31,472 nt of DNA from a virus (lineage: Duplodnaviria; Heunggongvirae; Uroviricota; Caudoviricetes): the IMG/VR virus record IMGVR_UViG_2585427730_000006, positions 1 to 31,472 of that record. The stretch is one strand, 5' to 3'. Positions 1 to 9,128 of the stretch are shown one piece after another; position 1 is the first letter of the stretch, and every line of letters begins with the position of its first letter. The position numbers were made by a program, and so were the translations under genes. The notes beneath the pieces were generated by a model. That model searched no databases, was not told the origin of the DNA, and was given only the letters and a program-made list of their open reading frames with translations.

Positions 1-1335
<1,335 letters not shown>

Positions 1336-1575
1336 TTGCGGAGCAAGCGATACGGTTGTTGGCAAGTCAAGGGCAAAGCATTCGCGTGAGAGTGGGCGTC
1401 TGCTTTGTGCCAGAAGCGGACATTGCGGCGTTACGGCACGTTAGGTCAGATATTTAAATGCACATGGTCCGCTTGTGGCGGAAGGATACTTACAAGAGTT
1501 GGTGAGAGATAGTAAAATCAATATGAAAATTAAAATTCGGCAATAATTCCTGATATAGTCATCTTAATGAACATA

Positions 1576-1605
1576 AAAACTATCACAATAGGATAGTTTT
1601 TATGT
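1576..1605 (-). terminator. Rho-independent terminator closing the ParA-like operon
   Basis: Inverted repeat aaaactatc / gatagtttt with a 7-nt loop; on the minus strand the hairpin is followed by a T-run, just downstream of the 231-aa ORF stop (1618). Confidence 0.5.
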
Positions 1606-1617
1606 CATACTTGTTAG

Positions 1618-2313
1618 TTAATCACTTAAGGAATGAAGTGAGGCTCGTTGTGCAGAGGTTAAGCTAAGGAGGATTTTTTCTCGATACTCAGGTGCAAAGG
1701 AAAAGAAAACATCAGGAAAAATTCTTATGATAGTTGATATCATAGTCTTAACCACCTTATCAATCACCTTCGAAATATTATCTATTTTAACCAAGTCTAT
1801 TTCGGGAAAAACATTTAAAGCTTTTATGTGAGCCATTTCTTTTACAGTAGCTGTATGTACGTGACTGCATAACGAAGAGTATTCAGCTTTTAAAGTTTCA
1901 TGTAGTAGAGGATTTTTTTTGAAGACAGGATGTTCCCCAGTTTGTTCAATTACCTTAAACAATGATTTTTCTTCAAGTATTGAAGGATCTAGTAAGCAAC
2001 CGATTGATTTTAAAGAATTTTCAATATAACTTCGCATCATTAGATTTGCTGGTTTGTATGCACCATTTATAACCATAAACATAGCTGTACCAAGGTCAGA
2101 TGAAGCTTCTTGCAATCGCTCCAATGAGTTGGCGTCTATTTTCTCCTTGGAGAAATGATACAAACAGTAAACAAGGCACATAAAAGAATAATATCTCTTA
2201 TGTATCATGCTTATTTTCCCTCTTGAGTTAATATTCTCGAAAACATTTTTTAATTTATATTCAGAGAAATAAGTAACTAACTCAGTGAAATCGCTGTTTA
2301 CTTCTCTCGACAT
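1618..2313 (-). CDS. Hypothetical protein, 231 aa, third gene of the ParA-like operon
   Basis: Long ORF in AT-rich DNA, 2 nt from the upstream gene stop, same strand; no recognisable motif. Confidence 0.7.
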   Translation of the reverse strand: MSREVNSDFTELVTYFSEYKLKNVFENINSRGKISMIHKRYYSFMCLVYCLYHFSKEKIDANSLERLQEASSDLGTAMFMVINGAYKPANLMMRSYIENSLKSIGCLLDPSILEEKSLFKVIEQTGEHPVFKKNPLLHETLKAEYSSLCSHVHTATVKEMAHIKALNVFPEIDLVKIDNISKVIDKVVKTMISTIIRIFPDVFFSFAPEYREKILLSLTSAQRASLHSLSD

Positions 2314-2315
2314 TG

Positions 2316-2822
2316 TTAGTCCTTATTGAATATATCTTTTATAACTTCATTCCAGTCATATATCTCATTTTGAGCGCTAGAAAGGTTCTTCCTCTCTTTT
2401 ATTCTACTCAAAACTAGAGGGTTATTTGACATTGAATTGATAATATTATAAGCCTTACCTAAATCGGATGAGTTTTTCTCGTGAACGTCACACACGATTA
2501 TGCCGATCATTTCCTCTCTAGATCTTTTTTCAGGCCTGCTGATTTCGATACCTAACATGCGTGCAAAATCATCTATATCTTTATTTTTTTGGAAGAGATC
2601 TTTGTCTAATAAAATCCTCGGAAGATACCCAACAAGGAAACCTTTAATATCATTTTTTTTGGACTTTGAATTTCTTTCGTTAACTTCTAAATTATCAGTA
2701 TAACTATCTTGAAGTAATTCAATAAAGTTGATTCTTGATAATTTTTTTGAAATAAAGGAAAACTCCTCTAAAAAGTTTAACAGTTGCTTAATTTCTTTTG
2801 AGTTATTTTTTTTGTCAGTCAT
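2316..2822 (-). CDS. Hypothetical protein, 168 aa, Lys/Asn-rich, second gene of the ParA-like operon
   Basis: ORF whose start overlaps the ParA-like stop by 4 bp (ATGA), suggesting translational coupling; no recognisable motif. Confidence 0.7.
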   Translation of the reverse strand: MTDKKNNSKEIKQLLNFLEEFSFISKKLSRINFIELLQDSYTDNLEVNERNSKSKKNDIKGFLVGYLPRILLDKDLFQKNKDIDDFARMLGIEISRPEKRSREEMIGIIVCDVHEKNSSDLGKAYNIINSMSNNPLVLSRIKERKNLSSAQNEIYDWNEVIKDIFNKD

Positions 2823-3649
2823 AAGTCACCTACTCTAGAGAGAAGTTCGTCAGTAATTTTAGACAGCGAAAACTTCATATCCTCATCCGTTAAATTGTTA
2901 ATAAATAAGCCTCTTGTTTGATTTCTTGCCAACTCAGTACGTTTGCTCAAATATGATTTAAAGATCTTATTACGCCAACGTTTTTGATTATTGAAGTAAC
3001 GAAGACTTTCCTCATATAAATTACTATTACCTTCAACCATATTAAAAACTATGCCCGCACATTCAATCTTAAGATCGAAATTTTCTCTCTTCTCATTTAT
3101 AATGCTATCTAATAGATCGATACCAGTGATCGAAAGAGGATCGGGTTTGGCTGGAATGAGGTAATAATCAGATGCAATTAATGCGCTGGACATCCAAACT
3201 GATGGGGTTGGTGGGGTATCAATTATGACATAATCATAGTCATTTTCATGGATTTTAAGAAAGCGTCTAAGCTTGTTTTCTATCCCTTCTCCTGGTTTCA
3301 TTTCAATTTTATATAGCCCAAGGCTTCCGGGAACAATGTGAAAATTATCATTTAATTGAATTGGTGTTATATCGGCTAATTCTTTAGGTGTGTTAACTAA
3401 AGGACCAGTCATTGTAGATAGTCGAATTTTTGAACTATAAAAAATATCACATATGCTATCGCCTCCGCTTTTCATATGTGCAACATATTTGCTTGTATCC
3501 ATTACACATTGCGTTGCGTTAAATTGTGGGTCGATATCTATTAATAATATTTTTTGCCCAAGTTTATCTGAAAGATGATTAGCAATATTGGTAGCCAATG
3601 TTGACTTACCAACGCCACCTTTCATATTGATTAAGCTAATAACTTTCAA
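2819..3649 (-). CDS. ParA/Soj/MinD-family P-loop ATPase, 276 aa
   Basis: Deviant Walker A KGGVGKST at residues 10-17, LIDIDPQ motif, hydrophobic strand ending in DTPP (YVIIDTPP); no N-terminal HTH extension (type Ib-like architecture). Confidence 0.85.
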   Translation of the reverse strand: MKVISLINMKGGVGKSTLATNIANHLSDKLGQKILLIDIDPQFNATQCVMDTSKYVAHMKSGGDSICDIFYSSKIRLSTMTGPLVNTPKELADITPIQLNDNFHIVPGSLGLYKIEMKPGEGIENKLRRFLKIHENDYDYVIIDTPPTPSVWMSSALIASDYYLIPAKPDPLSITGIDLLDSIINEKRENFDLKIECAGIVFNMVEGNSNLYEESLRYFNNQKRWRNKIFKSYLSKRTELARNQTRGLFINNLTDEDMKFSLSKITDELLSRVGDL

Positions 3650-3660
3650 TCTTCTTGCTC

Positions 3661-3900
3661 CTGTTTTGATTAACGCTAAGCTTTTTCATCAGCATTGAAA
3701 TTTAACATGTGTTTTACAAACTTATGTCTTATCACTACCTTATCATTTTTTACATACACCATAAATATTTTTAACTAAAAATTTTTGGTTTTCAACCTGA
3801 AATCTTTATCTTTAAAAACAAAACATTACAATATTTTTAGTAAGATACCTTACCTAATGTAATGTGAATGGCTCAATTTTGATTAACACTTAAGCTATGT
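3661..3900. repeat. Imperfect direct repeat pair (ttttgattaacGCT-AAGCT / ttttgattaacACTTAAGCT) about 210 bp apart, bracketing the AT-rich region upstream of the ParA-like gene; an inverted repeat cattaca...tgtaatg lies between them at ~3824-3867
   Basis: Copies at about 3665-3683 and 3875-3895, read directly from the sequence. Confidence 0.4.
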
Positions 3901-4156
3901 TAATAATGGTTTTGTAAGTGTGATGAGGGTTCCATATGAAGAAGTGATTTCCCGAACAATACAACATGAATATCATCCTCGTAGTCGGTGTTTCTTCACA
4001 TGAACTCTGTCGCAAATACGCTATATGAAACGTGGCAAGATGAATGTACCTGAGGTTATCAATCTTAAACCGCTTGAGAGTACGCCCTGATCCTGCCCGT
4101 TGATAAACTAACTGCATTGTTTGTAATGCTTCATCGGTGGTGAGAACAAGTTTCAT
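3890..4156 (-). CDS. Hypothetical 88-aa ORF, possibly a gene remnant at the boundary of the AT-rich cassette
   Basis: The first ~60 codons are in moderate-GC DNA, the C-terminal ~30 codons run into AT-rich sequence containing the distal direct repeat; no motif recognised. Confidence 0.25.
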   Translation of the reverse strand: MKLVLTTDEALQTMQLVYQRAGSGRTLKRFKIDNLRYIHLATFHIAYLRQSSCEETPTTRMIFMLYCSGNHFFIWNPHHTYKTIINIA

Positions 4157-4662
4157 ACTTCCGCTTCTCGCTCAAAGCGGACTAGAAGGTTAGCTTGCGT
4201 CGGACTTGGCGTATTTAAAGAAGTACTGGTGGTGACTGGTTGTTGTGTTCCATTTCTACAGAACAAAATCACAGAAACTATACCCAATAGTTGTATCTCA
4301 TCAATGATGAGACAGCCTCATATTTATCAGGACTGGTGTACGTCCAATACAGGAGGTTGTCGTGCTGGTTCTCAAATGTGCGCTGGCTATTGCAGCTGTA
4401 ATGGCAATTTATTGTCTTGCTGTTGTTCTTATGGATCGCCTTTCTGATTGATTTTATATTGGCGAGGTAACGGGAGTTAAGTAGAATGGCTGCGGGTGCT
4501 TGAGGCTATCTGTCTCAGGCATGAACACCAAAGGCAGATAGAGAAAAGCCCCAGTTAACATTACGCGTCCTGCAAGACGCTTAACATTAATCTGAGGCTC
4601 AATCTATGAACGGCAAATCTAGGTTAGCCTCTTACGTGCCGAAAGGCAAGGAGAAGCAGGCT

Positions 4663-4818
4663 ATGAAGCAGCAAAAGGCGATGTTAATCGCCCTGATCGT
4701 CATCTGTTTAACCGTCATAGTGACGGCACTGGTAACGAGGAAAGACCTCTGCGAGGTACGAATCCGAACCGGCCAGACGGAGGTCGCTGTCTTCACAGCT
4801 TACGAACCTGAGGAGTAA
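4663..4818 (+). CDS. hokD: Hok/Gef-family type I toxin, 51 aa, HokD/RelF-like
   Basis: Translation MKQQKAMLIALIVICLTVIVTALVTRKDLCEVRIRTGQTEVAVFTAYEPEE has the Hok signature (single TM, conserved Cys, C-terminal AVF.AYE); AAGGAG RBS 11 nt upstream. The in-frame upstream extension from 4606 in the ORF track is probably not the real start. Confidence 0.8.
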   Translation: MKQQKAMLIALIVICLTVIVTALVTRKDLCEVRIRTGQTEVAVFTAYEPEE

Positions 4819-4885
4819 GAGACCAGGCGGGGGAGAATCCCTCGCCACCTCTGATGTGTCAGGCATCCTCAACGCACCCGCACTT

Positions 4886-4911
4886 AACCCGCTTCGGCGG
4901 GTTTTGTTTTT
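4886..4911 (+). terminator. Rho-independent terminator downstream of hok
   Basis: Hairpin cccgc-ttcg-gcggg followed by ttttgtttttt. Confidence 0.6.
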
Positions 4912-4984
4912 TCCTAGCATTCTGGTTTACAATTCGCACGCCAGCCTGAACAACTGGCACCTGCTGCGCCAGCAGAGACAACCG

Positions 4985-5263
4985 ATGGCGCACGATACCA
5001 AATTACACAATTCTGATGATTCTGCCGTCTTTGCCAGCAGGCACGGGCGGCGTTCCCGCACTTTCAAATCTGACTGGTTCCAGCATCCCCCATGCACTGA
5101 AGAACAGGCCGAGTGGCTAATTCAGTGCTACCGCAGACACGGATACGAGATTAAGAAAGCCCTCAGCCTCGATTATCGTCACTGGATAATCTCCGTCAGG
5201 CTTCCTTACTCCGAACGCCCACCGCGTCCGTCCCGCACATTCCAGCAACGCATCTGGAGGTAA
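4985..5263 (+). CDS. Hypothetical protein, 92 aa, in the position Rem occupies in Qin-type prophages
   Basis: ORF with ATG at 4985, between hok and the DUF968 gene; identity inferred from gene order only. The track ORF starting at 4856 overlaps the hok terminator, so the internal ATG was chosen. Confidence 0.45.
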   Translation: MAHDTKLHNSDDSAVFASRHGRRSRTFKSDWFQHPPCTEEQAEWLIQCYRRHGYEIKKALSLDYRHWIISVRLPYSERPPRPSRTFQQRIWR

Positions 5264-5264
5264 C

Positions 5265-6311
5265 GTGCGGGTATTACTTCGACCTGTTCTGGTACCGGAA
5301 CTCGGGCTGGTGATCGTTAAGCCGGGCCGGGAATCCATGCCGGTATTCCACAATACCCGGGTACTGGTGGAGCCGGAACCAAAAAGCATGCGTAATCTGC
5401 CGTCCGGGGTCGTTCCTGCCGTTCGCCAGCCGCTAGTGGAAGACAAAACATTGCTGCCGTTTTTCAGTAACGCACGGGTGATTCGTGCTGCTGGTGGTGC
5501 TGGTGCATTGTCTGACTGGCTGTTGCGCCATATTAAATCCTGCCAGTGGCCTCATGGTGATTACCATCACAGCGAAACCGTCATACATCGTTACGGTGCT
5601 GGCGCGATGGTGTTGTGCTGGCACTGTGACAACCAGTTGCGTGACCAGTCCTCCGAATCACTTGAGCAACTTGCTCACCAAAACCTGTCAGCATGGATGA
5701 TTGATGTCATGCGCCATGCAATGAATGGCACACAGGAGCGGGAATTATCGCTGGCTGAATTATCCTGGTGGGCTGTCTGCAATCAGGTGGCGGACGCACT
5801 ACCGGAGGTAGTATTACGTCGTTCTCTGGGGTTACGTGCGGAAAAAATTCGCTCGGTGTACCGCGAAAGCGACATCGTACCGGGAGAGCAGACCGCCACC
5901 AGCATACTGAAGCAGCGCACAAAAAATCTTGCGCCGCTGCCTCACGCCCACCAGCAAAATCCACCACAGGAAAAGACGGTGGTCAGCATTGCTGTTGATC
6001 CGGAGTCTCCGGAATCTTTCATGAAGCGACCTAAACGTCGCCGTTGGGTAAATGAGAAATATACGCGCTGGGTAAAGACACAGCCGTGTGCGTGTTGTGA
6101 TAAGCCAGCCGACGATCCCCATCACCTGATTGGTCATGGTCAGGGCGGAATAGGGACAAAATCCCACGATATTTTCACGCTACCGCTGTGTCGGGAGCAT
6201 CACAACGAGCTTCATGCGGATCCGCTGGCGTTCGAAGAAAAGCATGGTTCCCAGATTGATTTAATTTTTCGTTTTCTTGATCGCGCCTTTGCAACCGGCG
6301 TGCTCGGGTAA
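5265..6311 (+). CDS. DUF968-family protein (YdfU-like) with a C-terminal HNH-like Cys/His motif
   Basis: 348-aa ORF, apparently GTG-initiated 2 nt after the previous stop; C-terminus CACCDKPADDPHHLIGHGQ...CREHHNELH; size and position match YdfU-type proteins of lambdoid nin regions. Confidence 0.75.
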   Translation: MRVLLRPVLVPELGLVIVKPGRESMPVFHNTRVLVEPEPKSMRNLPSGVVPAVRQPLVEDKTLLPFFSNARVIRAAGGAGALSDWLLRHIKSCQWPHGDYHHSETVIHRYGAGAMVLCWHCDNQLRDQSSESLEQLAHQNLSAWMIDVMRHAMNGTQERELSLAELSWWAVCNQVADALPEVVLRRSLGLRAEKIRSVYRESDIVPGEQTATSILKQRTKNLAPLPHAHQQNPPQEKTVVSIAVDPESPESFMKRPKRRRWVNEKYTRWVKTQPCACCDKPADDPHHLIGHGQGGIGTKSHDIFTLPLCREHHNELHADPLAFEEKHGSQIDLIFRFLDRAFATGVLG

Positions 6312-6323
6312 AAGAGGTTACTG

Positions 6324-6695
6324 ATGCGTATAGAGTTTGTTTTGCCTTCCCCGCCGACGGTGAACACCTACTGGCGTCGTCGTGGCAGCACATATTTTGT
6401 ATCAAAAGCCGGTGAGCGTTATCGCCGGGATGTGGCACTTATTGTCCGCCAGCAGCGGCTGAAATTAAACCTGTCCGGAAGGCTGGCAATAAAAATTACT
6501 GCAGAGCCGCCGGATAAGCGCCGTCGGGACCTGGACAATATCCTGAAAGCACCGCTGGATGCACTGACGCATGCGGGGCTTCTCATAGACGACGAGCAGT
6601 TTGATGAAATCAATATTGTGCGCGGTAAGCTCGTTCCTGGTGGTCGGCTGGGCGTGAAGATTTGCGAAATTAGAGGTGATAGTAATGGGGCGTGA
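6324..6695 (+). CDS. rusA: RusA-family Holliday junction resolvase
   Basis: 123 aa; catalytic-region motif RRRDLDN and overall resemblance to RusA; AAGAGG RBS upstream of ATG 6324. Confidence 0.85.
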   Translation: MRIEFVLPSPPTVNTYWRRRGSTYFVSKAGERYRRDVALIVRQQRLKLNLSGRLAIKITAEPPDKRRRDLDNILKAPLDALTHAGLLIDDEQFDEINIVRGKLVPGGRLGVKICEIRGDSNGA

Positions 6696-7038
6696 TATGT
6701 ATGAGGTTTTAGACCGCTGGGGGGCATGGGCTGCAGCAGAAAATAGTGGTGTCGATTGGCAACCGATAGCAGCGGGCTTCAAGGGGCTTTTACCTCATGG
6801 TAAAAAGTCACGGATTCAGTGTGATGATGACGAAGGCATTATGATAGACAGTTGTGTGGCTCGGTTGAGAAGGTATAAACCAGAGGAATATGAGCTCATC
6901 ATAGCCCACTTTGTTATTGGTATCTCATTACGCACTATTGCCAAAAAGAGAAGGTGTTCAGATGGCACGATTAGAAAGGAATTACAAACTGCAATTGGTT
7001 TTGTAGAGGGTATTACGAGCGTTATTGCATGTAAATAA
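6685..7038 (+). CDS. Late antiterminator Q, QuuD-type
   Basis: Translation (MGRDMYEVLDRWGAWAAAEN...WQPIAAGFKGLLP...CDDDEG...CVARL...CSDGTIRKELQ) matches the pattern of DLP12 QuuD. Start taken as ATG 6685; GTG 6676 is an alternative. Overlaps the rusA 3' end. Confidence 0.75.
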   Translation: MGRDMYEVLDRWGAWAAAENSGVDWQPIAAGFKGLLPHGKKSRIQCDDDEGIMIDSCVARLRRYKPEEYELIIAHFVIGISLRTIAKKRRCSDGTIRKELQTAIGFVEGITSVIACK

Positions 7039-7042
7039 AAGC

Positions 7043-7072
7043 TAAAAGCCACCGTAGTGGCTTTTAGCATTT
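7043..7072. terminator. Bidirectional-looking hairpin immediately after Q
   Basis: aaaagccac-cgta-gtggctttt with A-run on one side and T-run on the other; could terminate both Q (+) and the convergent 427-aa gene (-). Confidence 0.5.
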
Positions 7073-7244
7073 TAGGATTGTGCAGGTAATGTTTTGTTCA
7101 ATTTAGTAAAGAAGTTAGATTGGCTTGTTACAGTACGTCGACTCTTTCCAGAAGTACTCAACTGAAAGAAATCATTGATGCTTTTGGGTTGAGTTCTTTC
7201 ATAGGCTTGCTTAAGTGACATGTGTTCCCCTTGTCTATTTGTTG

Positions 7245-8528
7245 CTATGACCGTGAAAAGTAGTGATGGTTCAGTTCTTTTGCAAAATAGTGCTTACGTT
7301 TAACCCAGATAAAACCATCAGCTTTAGAAATGATTGCAACATCTATGGGGCCTCCCACTGTTTCAGTATCATCGGAGACCTTGCGCTTGAAAGCGGTTAA
7401 ATTTACTAATGATTCAGCCATATAAGCTAAATCTTGCTTGGGTAAAAACTCGATCATATTTACGACTTTGTCAACATAGTTTTCTCGGACAAAGCTATCA
7501 ATACGCCCCTTGCAATCGGAAACAGTTCTGCGCACTACATCAACTATAGCATCCTTGGCTCCTTCGATATCTGAAGTGGGCACCAAATCTGTGATTACTG
7601 AATCAATACCATCAAGTAAATCGCCGATAGAACGTTGATACTCAGCATGAAGATTTTGGATAAGATGTGAACTAGCTCCTTGCATGAAAGCAGAAACTTC
7701 ATCCTCTTGCGCAAAGGGAGTCACGCCGCAATTAGGAGTGATGCAGCACTTGTCAGCATCTGTGGTTTTCCTTATTTTATCATTAAAGAAGCCACAAACT
7801 TCATATGATAATACTTTAGGGTAATAGTCTTTATCGCCATAACCTGCAATCACAATCCCAGAGACGGAACCAATATCACTTTGCTTGCATATCATAGCTG
7901 CCAATACATCACTAACTGCTTTTGTCAACTGTGGAGTTATGGATATTGAATCAAAGTCACTAAACTTTTGAGCAATGATGCGTTGGGTAATTGATGAAGC
8001 ATAGGTTTGGGCTGCTTGTTCATCATCCGGAGTAAAACCATCAAAGTAATTAATATCAGATAATTTTGTAAGGAGATCGTTGCAATAATTCGTGAGGTCT
8101 GTAACAAATTGATTCTTATCGAAGTTAACGAGATATGTTGGTTCGAGACCTTCAGAAAAAGCATCAACAAGCATGCTGAATACAATCTCGCTCAGGAAGT
8201 GATAAAGATGAGCCTCACGCATACCTGGTGTGATGATTGATTTAGCTGACTGTAGATAATTGAAGAAATCCTCAGCATATTCCTCCAAAGAGTCAAAACA
8301 TTTAGAGCCTAAATCCTTTCTATAAGCCTTAATGATAAGCTCCCATGGAGCTGTGCAGAGATCACCAGTTCCATATACCATCAAACCTACAGGATGATGT
8401 TTAGTGAGAGCGAAAAGCTTTTCAGCGCCATTATAGATTTTATGTTTGCCGCCTCCAGAAATCGTTACAGCTGAATCTGCGGCTAAAGCTACTGCGGTCT
8501 TGTTAAATACGGCTATTTCTGCTGTCAT
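7245..8528 (-). CDS. Hypothetical protein, 427 aa; possible divergent proteasome-beta/HslV-like Ntn hydrolase with large insertions (inference only)
   Basis: Long ORF in visibly lower-GC DNA, opposite to late-gene orientation. N-terminus MTAEIAVFNKTAVALAADSAVT...GAEKLF aligns by eye with the proteasome-beta/HslV N-terminal segment (Thr1, acidic residue 17, Lys before LF); C-terminal GGPIDVAIISKADGF resembles the proteasome-beta GG.IDVAVI.KDG motif. Confidence 0.8.
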   Translation of the reverse strand: MTAEIAVFNKTAVALAADSAVTISGGGKHKIYNGAEKLFALTKHHPVGLMVYGTGDLCTAPWELIIKAYRKDLGSKCFDSLEEYAEDFFNYLQSAKSIITPGMREAHLYHFLSEIVFSMLVDAFSEGLEPTYLVNFDKNQFVTDLTNYCNDLLTKLSDINYFDGFTPDDEQAAQTYASSITQRIIAQKFSDFDSISITPQLTKAVSDVLAAMICKQSDIGSVSGIVIAGYGDKDYYPKVLSYEVCGFFNDKIRKTTDADKCCITPNCGVTPFAQEDEVSAFMQGASSHLIQNLHAEYQRSIGDLLDGIDSVITDLVPTSDIEGAKDAIVDVVRRTVSDCKGRIDSFVRENYVDKVVNMIEFLPKQDLAYMAESLVNLTAFKRKVSDDTETVGGPIDVAIISKADGFIWVKRKHYFAKELNHHYFSRS

Positions 8529-8636
8529 TTTTTACATAGGGTTTATATGTTGTGTAATGAGAAAAATACAAAAAAATTAACGCGTACGCAAAAATTCTTG
8601 TAATCTGTTAAGAGTGGTTACTTCGCCACACAGCTT

Positions 8637-8668
8637 AAACCCGCCGTCGAGCGGGTTTTTTTGTACCT
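8637..8668 (+). terminator. Rho-independent terminator on the + strand
   Basis: aaacccgc-cgtcga-gcgggttt followed by tttttt; the upstream neighbour is on the other strand, so the terminated transcript is unidentified. Confidence 0.5.
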
Positions 8669-8784
8669 GTAAACTTGGTGCAGTACGGTAAACACGCTGG
8701 TGGTAGTGAATACTGACTTTTTATCTTGCTGGCTTTTTAGACAAGAGTTATTGGTATGTCATGTTAACCAGAAGGGAAAAAGAC

Positions 8785-8979
8785 ATGCTAAAACAGCAAG
8801 ATATGACAGAAACGGCGAAAGTTGTTTTTAATGAATTAAGCATCGAACCGGCAACAGTCGGGGAGATTGCACAAAACACATACCTTTCACGCGAACGCTG
8901 TCAGTTAATACTGACCCAGTTGGTTATGGCGGGGCTGGCAGATTACCAGTTCGGCTGTTACAGACGTCTTCAGCAATGA
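8785..8979 (+). CDS. Small hypothetical protein (64 aa from ATG 8785), possible HTH/winged-helix regulator
   Basis: ORF directly upstream of the methyltransferase gene; purine-rich stretch before ATG 8785; segment ATVGEIAQNTYLSRERCQLILTQL resembles an HTH. Start uncertain (track ORF begins at 8761). Confidence 0.4.
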   Translation: MLKQQDMTETAKVVFNELSIEPATVGEIAQNTYLSRERCQLILTQLVMAGLADYQFGCYRRLQQ

Positions 8980-9128
8980 AGGGCTTTTAATTTGTGAAAA
9001 TGGGCGGCTGGTGGGTGTTGGTAGCACCTGCCAGCCATTCGCTCATGCTTACTGGTCACAAGCGAACCACGGCCCACTGCTTTAGCGCAAAAGCAGAGTG
9101 AGCCTACCAGAGTTACGCTTACTGATCC

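Noticed and set aside
4229-4447. 72-aa Cys-rich ORF on the + strand upstream of hok
   Set aside because: No RBS, odd composition, lies in the expected hok leader / sok region; most likely a chance ORF.
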